Positions 50,696 through 59,460 of a stretch of DNA of 64,000 bases are shown here, piece after piece. The translations under genes were made by a program, and so were the position numbers. Under the pieces are notes generated by a model. The model made no database searches and was not told where the DNA came from. It saw nothing but the letters and a program-made list of their open reading frames with translations. Each line of letters begins with the position of its first letter. Within the stretch, counting starts at the first letter, position 1. Origin of the DNA: a virus; the IMG/VR virus record IMGVR_UViG_3300012162_000002, positions 3,096-67,095 of that record, one strand, 5' to 3'.

Positions 50696-51514
50696 ATGGG
50701 AATTATGTCAATGAAGGAAATTAAAGAAGAAAGAAGATTGGAGTCTATACCTAAAATAGTAGAAGTTAAGATTGATAATATCTGCATTGCAGAGTATCAG
50801 AGAACGCCAGATTCAAATGAAATCAGAAAAATCCAAGATAAATTTGATCCTCGTATGGTTGGTATTGGATTGGTAAGTAAAAGGGATGGAAAATATTTTA
50901 TAGTAGACGGGAATACAAGAAAAACTGCTATGAAGAGTCTTGGCTATAAACAAATGAGTGTTATGTTAGTGGAAGGATTAGATTATTCCGAAGAAGCCGA
51001 CTTATTTCTGAAGTTTAATAAAAATAGGAAAAATTTAAACCCTAATCAATTATTTTTCGCTGAAGTAGAAGCAAAGCATGAGAAAGCACTTGATATGGTT
51101 CGTATATTTAATAAAAGAGGTTTCAAGTATAACAGGCATGACGGAGCAAAAGATGACTATATGATAGGTGCTATCGCAAGCTGCCGTTTTGTTTATAAGA
51201 AAGGTGCGGAGTATTTAGATACAACGTTGGAAGTAATTAAAAATTCATGGGGAGGACAGAAAGATGCCTTATCAGGAAATATTATCAAAGGTATTGGAAT
51301 GTTTATTCTTCTGTATAAGGATGTATATAATGTTGACACATTAGTTAATATATTGGGGAAATTGTCTCCAAGCGGCTTTGAAAATCAAGCCAAGGAAAGA
51401 GCCAATGTAAGAAAATTTTCAACCAGAAGAGATGGGACGTGCAAATTTATAGCAAAAGATATTTGGGAGAGATATCAAAAGTATACCGGAATAAAATTGG
51501 ATTATAGGTTTTAA
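50696..51514 (+). CDS. ParB/Srx-fold protein (DUF6551-like)
   Basis: EYQR...LVSKRDGKYFIVDGNTR; resembles 37696-38610. Confidence 0.7.
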   Translation: MGIMSMKEIKEERRLESIPKIVEVKIDNICIAEYQRTPDSNEIRKIQDKFDPRMVGIGLVSKRDGKYFIVDGNTRKTAMKSLGYKQMSVMLVEGLDYSEEADLFLKFNKNRKNLNPNQLFFAEVEAKHEKALDMVRIFNKRGFKYNRHDGAKDDYMIGAIASCRFVYKKGAEYLDTTLEVIKNSWGGQKDALSGNIIKGIGMFILLYKDVYNVDTLVNILGKLSPSGFENQAKERANVRKFSTRRDGTCKFIAKDIWERYQKYTGIKLDYRF

Positions 51515-51583
51515 TTAAAGTGTTGCCCGAAAGGGCAGCATTATATTATAATAAAAGAATCAAAAAATAATTGGAGGTTTTGT

Positions 51584-51805
51584 ATGTGGAAATATTATAT
51601 TGTCTTATTTAGAGATGACTGTTACGGAGATTTAGTTGAGGGAGCAGAATATAATGATGAGCTTCCTGTATGCGTTGATTATAATGTTGCAAAAGAGTTT
51701 GATAGCACTGGCGAGTTATTGGTGTGGGTGAAAAAGAATACTTCGTTGGAAGATGGAGAATATGGTATTAGTGGCATTTTCTATGAGAATATAATAAAAG
51801 AATAA
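51584..51805 (+). CDS. hypothetical protein
   Basis: GGAGG RBS. Confidence 0.6.
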   Translation: MWKYYIVLFRDDCYGDLVEGAEYNDELPVCVDYNVAKEFDSTGELLVWVKKNTSLEDGEYGISGIFYENIIKE

Positions 51806-51820
51806 ATTGAAAGGGGAAAT

Positions 51821-52033
51821 ATGGAGAATTTAAAAATAATTAAAGAATATAAATTTATAAGAGGAGGTTCCTCTATTGTTTTAGAGATTGGAAATAGGGT
51901 TAGGGTGAAAACCAATAGGGGTATAATTGAAGGAGCGTTGAGTTCAGTAAATGAATCATGCGATGCTTTTGTTGTTGATAATGGTTATACAATGAATAGA
52001 ATTACTTGTGATGAAGTTATTGATATGATTTAA
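51821..52033 (+). CDS. hypothetical protein
   Basis: ORF track. Confidence 0.6.
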   Translation: MENLKIIKEYKFIRGGSSIVLEIGNRVRVKTNRGIIEGALSSVNESCDAFVVDNGYTMNRITCDEVIDMI

Positions 52034-52287
52034 AATGTTGTTTTGAATTATAAAAGGAGGTTACATTATGAAAGCATCTGAATTGATTTTGGAGCTTGTT
52101 CAAATAATTGCAAAAGAAGGAGATTTATGTGTTGTAGCATTTGATTTGGACAGGTGTATTGAACCAGTAACAGAAGTTGAATTAGCAACTAGCTCTTATA
52201 ATGGAAAAGTTATATTAATTGATGCATAGCTGCCGACTATAATAGTTGGTGGCTTTTTAATTTTAAAAGTAGAATGAGAGGTGGTTT

Positions 52288-52695
52288 GTGATGACAAAAA
52301 AAGATTTAAACAATGAACTTGGCGAATATAAGAAGTTAGAGGAGAAAGGATTACTTTTACATTTGCCATGTAATTTCAACGATGATTTGTATTGGGTTGA
52401 AAAAGGGGAGGTAAAGAAAATAATATTTAAGGGAATTCGGTGCGATAAGGGATTTAAGCCGCAAATCATAGGAGGTTATGTTGATGTTTATAATACTGGC
52501 GATGTTGATAGAGTTAGGTATGTAGAAAAACCCATAACTTTGCTTGATAATATTGGCAAAACCTTATTCTTATCATTGGAAGAAGCGGAGGTTTCACTAG
52601 CGAATATCCAAAGGAACGAATATGCGCAAAAAATTGAGAAATACAAAAAAGAGTTTAAAGAATATCAAAATAAATATAATGAAGTAGGAATGTGA
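52288..52695 (+). CDS. hypothetical phage protein
   Basis: LGEYKKLEEKGLLLHLPC...IGKTLFLSLEEAE, a common siphophage pattern. Confidence 0.65.
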   Translation: MMTKKDLNNELGEYKKLEEKGLLLHLPCNFNDDLYWVEKGEVKKIIFKGIRCDKGFKPQIIGGYVDVYNTGDVDRVRYVEKPITLLDNIGKTLFLSLEEAEVSLANIQRNEYAQKIEKYKKEFKEYQNKYNEVGM

Positions 52696-52704
52696 GGGAC
52701 TTAT

Positions 52705-53088
52705 ATGAAAAAAAGAACTATTTTAACAGCGGTGATTATTTTATTACTTTTACCGGGAACAAAAACATTAAAAACATTAGCAAGTGAGGATTACCCAAGA
52801 TACCCCTATACTACACTAGATAGACCTTCTAACGTGAAATGTAGTGTCAATAAAAGGAAGGTCACATTGACATGGAAGAAGTCAAAAGGGGCTACTGAAT
52901 ATGAGATACATCGCAAAACAGGGAGTGGTGGTAAGTATAAATGGATTGGCAATACCCATGTGAACGTATTTTTGGACAAAGTACCTTCATTGAGAAAATC
53001 CAGAACCTACTATTATAAAATTGTTGCTATTAATTCTCATTGTGAGAGTAAATATAGCAAGGTGAAAAAGGTTAGGATAATACGATGA
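52705..53088 (+). CDS. secreted fibronectin type III domain protein
   Basis: Signal peptide; VTLTWKKSKGATEYEIHR...YYYKIVA. Confidence 0.8.
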   Translation: MKKRTILTAVIILLLLPGTKTLKTLASEDYPRYPYTTLDRPSNVKCSVNKRKVTLTWKKSKGATEYEIHRKTGSGGKYKWIGNTHVNVFLDKVPSLRKSRTYYYKIVAINSHCESKYSKVKKVRIIR

Positions 53089-53250
53089 ATGAAACAGAAA
53101 AAGCTTTACAGGAATTTTATGATAATGCATTCCATAACTCATTAAAGCCAGATATAAGTGATGATGCGAAAGCGGCAGCTATAGTTGCTTTGCAAGAAAA
53201 AATTAACAGGGAGAAGGGGAAAAATATTTGATAAATATTTAAAATAGGTA

Positions 53251-53279
53251 TTGACAATTAAGTGTGTATATGATATATT
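53251..53279 (+). promoter_or_regulatory. sigma-A promoter
   Basis: TTGACA-17-TATATT upstream of the MazF-like gene. Confidence 0.7.
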
Positions 53280-53327
53280 ATTCTCATGTTAATGATAAAT
53301 AAGTCTAAAAGGAGGAGAAATTATAAT

Positions 53328-53732
53328 ATGTCAGTGATAGCAGAGAATAAAAAAGAAAGACTGGAGAAAAACGAAAAACACGTCAGCGTACATGCTTGGG
53401 AGATATGGTTAATAGATGTTCCTGCCTATGCTGACACATCACAATTTAGAGGAATGCATTATTATTTAATGACTTGCAATGATAAGGGTGGTAAATATTC
53501 TCCCATGTTAGGAGCTATGCCATTTACCTCAAAAGAAGCGAGTCTTCCAACTCACATATCCATCATTCATGATTTTGATAAGATTGGATTGAGAAAACCG
53601 TCAATATTATCTGTTGAATCTAGACATAAGGTGGACAGACGATGGTTAAAAAAGAAAGTTGGATATATCTCAAATGAATATGTAAGAGAGAAAATAAGAG
53701 CAGCTTTTATTTATGATTCAGGGCTGTTTTAA
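53328..53732 (+). CDS. PemK/MazF-fold protein (divergent active site)
   Basis: Aligns by eye to MazF (WEIWLIDV..SQ..NDKGGKYSP..PFTS..LPTHI..SIL..E..KVDRRWL); the RP motif is replaced by HY. Confidence 0.7.
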   Translation: MSVIAENKKERLEKNEKHVSVHAWEIWLIDVPAYADTSQFRGMHYYLMTCNDKGGKYSPMLGAMPFTSKEASLPTHISIIHDFDKIGLRKPSILSVESRHKVDRRWLKKKVGYISNEYVREKIRAAFIYDSGLF

Positions 53733-53740
53733 TAAAAAGG

Positions 53741-53769
53741 TTGACAACCACTTGTAATAGGACTATACT
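53741..53769 (+). promoter_or_regulatory. sigma-A promoter
   Basis: TTGACA-17-TATACT upstream of the MrpR-like gene. Confidence 0.7.
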
Positions 53770-53805
53770 AATTCATATTACAAAGGATATTACGGGAGGG
53801 GTCGT

Positions 53806-54765
53806 ATGGATGCATTAAAAATTATAGATGATTATATTTCTACTATTAATAAGCATAAGGTTATTTACAAGAATATATTAATGAGGACTTATGAATGTAA
53901 CAATGATTTTATTGAATTAGATGTTACAGGGATGATTTCCTTACTTATTGATGATTTAAAAATCAATAAAGTATCCGTTGCAAAGAATTTCTATCATACA
54001 TTAAGTATGTTTTTTAGATATCTCAACCAGCAAGGGATTGTTGAAGAAAATTTATTTGATTTTATTTCTTATGAACAAATAAAAAAATTAACTTATAAAA
54101 ACTTATGCATTTTAACAGAAAACGATATAAACAAATTGATAGATAATTTATATAATCAGAATAGCAACAATGCCCCTTACGAAGAAGTTGTAATAAGATT
54201 GTGTTATGAATGTATTTCGGATTCAATATCAGAAATATTAAAGATCAAAAGAAGTAATGTGTTATTACAAGATAAGTCTATCAACGGTATTGATATATCA
54301 GATAAACTTATAGATGCAATATTAAAAATGTACAGTATGGATTCTTGGCTGTATAAAGAGTCAAGAAGAGACTTATATTCCCCTTTAGAAAACATTGACA
54401 ACAAACGGTTGATTAGTTATGCGATTAGAGGAAAGGCTCCGGCAGAAACTGTTGAAAAAAGAGAGGATACAGCGCACCTATTTATTCAGAGAAACATTTT
54501 TAGCGGTTTAGAATTTAATGGATATAGCATAGATCCACAAATTCTTTACTGCTGCGGACTCACAAATAAAATTATAAAAGATTTCGGAATGGATTATTTT
54601 AATACTATGTTTTCAAAGACTCGACTGGATGGAAAAAAATATTATCTGAAAGATGAAAACTATAGTTTTAAACGTTTGAAAGAAAAATATAAAATCAAAT
54701 GCGAGTTGGATACACTAAAAGAAAAAATGATGCCATACTCCATCGCTTTAAAGAATAAGAAATAG
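53806..54765 (+). CDS. integrase-fold protein lacking catalytic motifs, MrpR(YopR)-like repressor, putative
   Basis: SAM-like N-terminal domain (LSMFFRYLNQQGIVEENLF), ILTENDINKLI...VVIRLCYECI...EILKIK box without Arg; no HxxR. Confidence 0.5.
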   Translation: MDALKIIDDYISTINKHKVIYKNILMRTYECNNDFIELDVTGMISLLIDDLKINKVSVAKNFYHTLSMFFRYLNQQGIVEENLFDFISYEQIKKLTYKNLCILTENDINKLIDNLYNQNSNNAPYEEVVIRLCYECISDSISEILKIKRSNVLLQDKSINGIDISDKLIDAILKMYSMDSWLYKESRRDLYSPLENIDNKRLISYAIRGKAPAETVEKREDTAHLFIQRNIFSGLEFNGYSIDPQILYCCGLTNKIIKDFGMDYFNTMFSKTRLDGKKYYLKDENYSFKRLKEKYKIKCELDTLKEKMMPYSIALKNKK

Positions 54766-54832
54766 TTGATTTTAAGAGTACCGTTGGTGCTTTTAAAATA
54801 GAGTTTCACATGTATTATTAATAGGACTAAAT

Positions 54833-55168
54833 GTGCGGAGGTACAAAGTAGTGCAAAGAAATATAGAATTTTTAGAGCAACTATTAAAAACCAAAAATAA
54901 TAGTATAGAAATAATGTTAGGAATTAAAATAGGCAACAAAAGAATAACCACAAGAAGAACACTGGATGAATATTATTGCGAATGTGATAACTTAACTGAA
55001 ACAATAATAATAAAAATATCAAAGAATATGGAGGTAAAAGAGTTTGAATTACCATTGGAATTTATTATTGAAGGAAATATAAATTTTGATGATGATGTTA
55101 TTTTTTCACTTGAATATATATCAGAGAGCAAAGATATACATATGGTTATTGTTATGCATCTGATGTAA
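54833..55168 (+). CDS. hypothetical protein
   Basis: ORF track. Confidence 0.5.
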   Translation: MRRYKVVQRNIEFLEQLLKTKNNSIEIMLGIKIGNKRITTRRTLDEYYCECDNLTETIIIKISKNMEVKEFELPLEFIIEGNINFDDDVIFSLEYISESKDIHMVIVMHLM

Positions 55169-55193
55169 AAACAATCAAAAAGGAGATTAAAAA

Positions 55194-55472
55194 ATGAAAC
55201 CTGAAATGAAAAAACTTAACACACAACCATTAGGAGAGGCTTTACTAGAACATTTTGATATTTTAACAGACAAAGACACATATTGTTTATTGATTGATGC
55301 AAGAGGTAATTTACACATTTATGATAAGATGCTAAATTGCTCAGTCCAACAACTTGGATATATAAATCCTAATGCAATAGATGTGATTTCTAAGATTTCA
55401 AATTATTTTTTATGGGAAATGAATTCCACAGGCGAATACTCTGTGTTCAAAAAGAGGACAAGTGCAAATTAG
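55194..55472 (+). CDS. hypothetical protein
   Basis: AAGGAG RBS. Confidence 0.6.
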   Translation: MKPEMKKLNTQPLGEALLEHFDILTDKDTYCLLIDARGNLHIYDKMLNCSVQQLGYINPNAIDVISKISNYFLWEMNSTGEYSVFKKRTSAN

Positions 55473-55667
55473 ATAACAAAAAGAGAACCATCATCGTATT
55501 GGCGTACTCCGGTTCTCTTTAGATAGAGACTAATGTTCTTGATAAAAAGAATCATTAGACACGCAATAGAATTATTACGCATTTCTATTATAACATCAAT
55601 ATTTACATAAATCAAAGGAAAATTTTATTTAGAAAATTAATCTTTAGGAAAGGACTTGAAATGATAA

Positions 55668-55961
55668 ATGGCAAGTGACAATGTTTTGAAATTGACCAAA
55701 CGGTTGCTGGACGAATTTAATATCATTGTGAATCCAAATTCCTATTATACTACACGAGCGGGCAAACATCAAAGAGCGGGAGGATCGTATCTATGGATAT
55801 TTTCTTTGGAGCATCCTAGGTCAGGATTTGTCGGAGGATCCGAACCAATGAGTAAATACCTTCCAAAACGCAACAAATTAGAAATATCTATAAGATATTA
55901 CGGAACTGATATTGAGGTCTTTGCTTACGCACCGGGAGAACCAGGATATGATTTGCAGTAA
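55668..55961 (+). CDS. hypothetical protein
   Basis: ORF track. Confidence 0.6.
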   Translation: MASDNVLKLTKRLLDEFNIIVNPNSYYTTRAGKHQRAGGSYLWIFSLEHPRSGFVGGSEPMSKYLPKRNKLEISIRYYGTDIEVFAYAPGEPGYDLQ

Positions 55962-56018
55962 TTTGATAAACTGAACTTTAAGAAAATAAATTTACGCTTT
56001 TGAAAGGAGCAAAACAAA

Positions 56019-56402
56019 ATGAAAAAGATACTATCAATAATTATATTAATAGCAACTATGGGGATGTTGACAGGTTGTACCGATGCTGATGTTGTATCAA
56101 GCAATATAAGCAAGGAAGCGGACTCATTCAAAGTGCTAAGAAAAATTACATTCATTAATACAATAACAGATGAAGTTTTGTATACGGTTGAGGGCAACTT
56201 TTCTATTTACGCTGATACTAATGATAATCAATTGGAAATTATAGCCAGAACAGGAGAGGATTTATATGAAAAGCACTTTCTAGGATTATCACCAACGACA
56301 GTCTATATAGTTGAACAAGTAGAATGGGTTGAAGCAGACAAATATCGATTTAAAATTATAGTAAAGCCGAGTGCACTGATTCCGAATATTGATTTGCAAT
56401 AA
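56019..56402 (+). CDS. small phage lipoprotein
   Basis: Signal II with LTGC lipobox. Confidence 0.75.
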   Translation: MKKILSIIILIATMGMLTGCTDADVVSSNISKEADSFKVLRKITFINTITDEVLYTVEGNFSIYADTNDNQLEIIARTGEDLYEKHFLGLSPTTVYIVEQVEWVEADKYRFKIIVKPSALIPNIDLQ

Positions 56403-56677
56403 CTCCAAACTTTAAGAAAATAGAATCACTCTTTTATTGGAATCCGGCGTACATGAAATCTGCTACCGTTCACGACTAAAGTTCCCGTTTGAAATAACCT
56501 CTCTTAGGAGAACGGGTAAAAACATGAGTGAAGTCGAATTGAGCAAGTCCGGATTTAAAAAAGCAGAATCCAATTATGATATTTTTATTTGAGCGAAAGC
56601 AGAGGACGGAATAGGCAGCCGTCACCCAATGTTAGGAGATGTAGGAATGTCACCCTACCTATTTCGTTCAAATTTTT

Positions 56678-56750
56678 AGCCCAGTAGTTTAATTGGTAGA
56701 ACAACAGGTTTTGAACCTGTAGGTTGCACGTTCAAGCCGTGCCTGGGTTG
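56678..56750 (+). tRNA. tRNA-Gln(UUG)
   Basis: AGCCCAG/CTGGGTT acceptor, GTTT/GAAC D stem, ACAGG-TTTTGAA-CCTGT anticodon arm, GCACG-TTCAAGC-CGTGC T arm, G discriminator; no CCA. Confidence 0.9.
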
Positions 56751-56775
56751 TTGCTAAATTATTAGCAAATTATTA

Positions 56776-57062
56776 GGCTATAAATAAAACTTCCTTCTAT
56801 ACCCTATAGGGATCGACTGGTAATCGAATTATAGTTTTATTACTTACCTAATGTTTTAGTAAAATGTAGGCTATTAAAATTCTTCCTTCTATAAAAATTC
56901 AATATAAATGGTATGATTAGAATTTTATATCACCTACAGGAAATGATAATGGCTATATAAAATCTTCCTTCTTTTTATTATCTCGAAAGAGATGAAGACT
57001 ACATACAAGTTTTAGATTTTATATTTACCATGTAACAACAGGCTATGGAGGCGGTTCCTTCT
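56776..57062 (+). repeat. array of four GGCTAT-N8/9-TTCCTTCT repeats (period 82-93 bp)
   Basis: Copies at 56776, 56869, 56951, 57041. Confidence 0.85.
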
Positions 57063-57117
57063 ATTACATAAGAATATTAAGAATAACCACCTCCAATTAC
57101 ATTAAAAGGAGATTATT

Positions 57118-59229
57118 ATGAACGAAATTTTATTAAGAAGAAAAAATAAGATTATAGTAAAAAGAGGAAACGAGAGTGAACCAAATAATCAATACATAGT
57201 TACAATTTGTAAAAATATTGAATCACTTGGTTATACTTTTTCAGAGAATTTGTTTGAGCAATTACAAACATTATCTAAGGATGAATTGCAAAAATTCTAC
57301 TTGGAATTAGTTCCGGAATTAAAAAAATTAATTGGAGCTGATGTAGTGTATAAACCAATGTATCCAAATTTTCCTGAATCTGTCATGAATGCTGATTATA
57401 TTGACCTGTTCATAAATGCTATTATCCATTATTGGAGTGAAGGTAAACTATACCCATATGAAGAAAAGAAGGAAAGACTTCCGTTATTTGATGAAACTAG
57501 AATAAAAGTCATAGACCTTGGAACGGAAGAAGATTTGCTTGATATATTTAAAAACTTAGTATCTTCTAAGACTTCTATATCACAGTCAGATAAAGAGGAT
57601 CTGGAATCATTGTTTAAAAATGGTTTTGGTACTGCTGGAAATTTACCAGATGAAATACCATTAAAAGAAAATACAGCATTGATTGGTAAGTTGTACCTTG
57701 AATGTAATCCATTAGCAAAAGCGGCAGATGTTCAAAAATATTTTAAAACAGCAACTGATATATTAAGGTTGGTTACTGCAATGTCTGATGGAGACATCAG
57801 CTTATCAACTAATACTAAATATAGAAGCTTTAAAAGGAAAGAAAGGCGTATCTTACTGGAACTTTTGCAAAATTGTGGAGCGATAGAAGAAGATATGCTG
57901 AGATATAAAAATAAATGGATTCGTGTAGGGGAGAGATTACATCCGGGAGAATATAGTACTGAACAGTATGGAAAAGTATTAGTAGCATTTGGGAAACTAA
58001 GGAACAATGATAAGATTACTACTTTCGGTGGAAGGGTTGTAAAAGCAATAGAATCGGAAGATTTTAAAGCAGCATTGAATTTATTAAAGAAACGTCCTGG
58101 TGAATTGGCTCGTAAATTAGATCATTTATTAAGGATCTCTGATGATAAAAATGTAATAATTAACACTTTCAAGGATGTTGCAACGGATGTTTCCACTCCT
58201 GTTTTGTTGCAAGTCAAAGAGCATTTTGCACATAGGTTTGACAACAAATCAGATATTAGAGTATTTTTCCCAAAGGGGAATCTTGCAAGGTCACATTGTA
58301 TAGATAATAATTTGCCTGATATTGATAGTAAATATTGTAAGGCTATTATGAAAATATGCGAAAATGCATTGATTGAAAATTATAAGACAAATGATTTCCT
58401 TGGAAATGTATACCTATCAGAAGAATTTAGAAATTACATCGTTCCATTTAGTCAAAGAAGTGCAAGTAAAGCATTAAAAACTATCGTTAGAGGATCTAAG
58501 CTACCAATTAATGAAAATATTAATGCACTCAGAGCATTTATCTGGTGGACTAATGTAACTGATAGAAGAGTGGATATTGATTTGTCCGCTGCAATCTTTG
58601 ATGAGAATTGGAACTATATGGAACATGTATCCTATACAAAACTGCGTTCAGAAAAATACAATGCTTGTCATTCCGGTGACATTACTGATGGTGGAGACAT
58701 AAACGGAGATGGAGTAAGTGAATTTTTAGATGTAGATATTAAATCTGTCGTGAAATTTGGAGCCAGATATGTTGTGTACCAAGTTTATAACTATACAGAA
58801 CAAAATTATAGTGACTTACCTCACGTTATGTTTGGGTGGATGGGAAGACGGAATGTAAATTCTGGGGAAATATATGAACCCAAAACAGTAGAGCAAAGGA
58901 TGGATTTAACATCTCAAAGTAACGTTTGTATTCCTGTAATTTTTGATTGTATGGAAAAAGAGATTACTTGGTGTGATATGAATCTTTCTTTGGAAAGAAG
59001 TAGAAATAATTATGGTGGAAATAATCTTGAGAGCAATTTATCTGGAGTTGCCCTTACCTGCTATAGCATGGTTAATATGATAAAACCGAACTTATACGAC
59101 TTGATTGATTTACATATTAAGGCGAGAGGACTAAAGGTAGAGTCCAAAGAAGATGCAGATATCATATTTGATGTTCAAGACGGTATCACGCCGTTTGACA
59201 CGGACATCTTTGTCGGAAACTATTTATAA
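57118..59229 (+). CDS. large helical protein with C-terminal TerD domain
   Basis: TerD motifs VDIDLSA, HSGDI, SEFLDVD; alpha-helical N-terminal about 440 aa including RPGELARKLDHLLR. Confidence 0.75.
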   Translation: MNEILLRRKNKIIVKRGNESEPNNQYIVTICKNIESLGYTFSENLFEQLQTLSKDELQKFYLELVPELKKLIGADVVYKPMYPNFPESVMNADYIDLFINAIIHYWSEGKLYPYEEKKERLPLFDETRIKVIDLGTEEDLLDIFKNLVSSKTSISQSDKEDLESLFKNGFGTAGNLPDEIPLKENTALIGKLYLECNPLAKAADVQKYFKTATDILRLVTAMSDGDISLSTNTKYRSFKRKERRILLELLQNCGAIEEDMLRYKNKWIRVGERLHPGEYSTEQYGKVLVAFGKLRNNDKITTFGGRVVKAIESEDFKAALNLLKKRPGELARKLDHLLRISDDKNVIINTFKDVATDVSTPVLLQVKEHFAHRFDNKSDIRVFFPKGNLARSHCIDNNLPDIDSKYCKAIMKICENALIENYKTNDFLGNVYLSEEFRNYIVPFSQRSASKALKTIVRGSKLPINENINALRAFIWWTNVTDRRVDIDLSAAIFDENWNYMEHVSYTKLRSEKYNACHSGDITDGGDINGDGVSEFLDVDIKSVVKFGARYVVYQVYNYTEQNYSDLPHVMFGWMGRRNVNSGEIYEPKTVEQRMDLTSQSNVCIPVIFDCMEKEITWCDMNLSLERSRNNYGGNNLESNLSGVALTCYSMVNMIKPNLYDLIDLHIKARGLKVESKEDADIIFDVQDGITPFDTDIFVGNYL

Positions 59230-59241
59230 TTTGAAACATTA

Positions 59242-59412
59242 GGCTATATAAATTCATCCTTCTTATAAATGATGCCAACTGGGATCGTAGGTTCAAATCC
59301 TACCAACTACATGACTGTAGTTGTAGCCAAGAGGTAAGGCTCCAGTAATAATTTGAATTTGTAATTCCCTAATATAATAGAAAAATTAGTGGCTATATTA
59401 TTTCTTCCTTCT
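59242..59412 (+). repeat. two further GGCTAT...TCCTTCT repeats bracketing the permuted tRNA-like RNA
   Basis: Copies at 59242-59263 and 59391-59412. Confidence 0.8.
59278..59346 (+). ncRNA. circularly permuted tRNA-like RNA (YrlA Y-RNA-like topology)
   Basis: Order T arm, acceptor stem closed by a 6-nt loop, D arm; all four stems perfectly paired. Confidence 0.8.
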
Positions 59413-59460
59413 AACTCAAAGCGAAAACAGAAATGATAATTACCACAATTAAAAACATCT

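Noticed and set aside
48000-56000. Arbitrium (aimR/aimP) module expected in SPbeta-like phages
   Set aside because: No TPR-repeat receptor or adjacent short secreted pro-peptide was recognised in this window.
56751-56800. Theta/HDV-like ribozyme in the tRNA 3' trailer
   Set aside because: The trailer is an AT-rich simple hairpin without the nested double pseudoknot.
56776-57062. CRISPR array interpretation of the periodic repeats
   Set aside because: The repeat core is variable, the spacers are 60-70 nt and structured, and there are no cas genes in the window.
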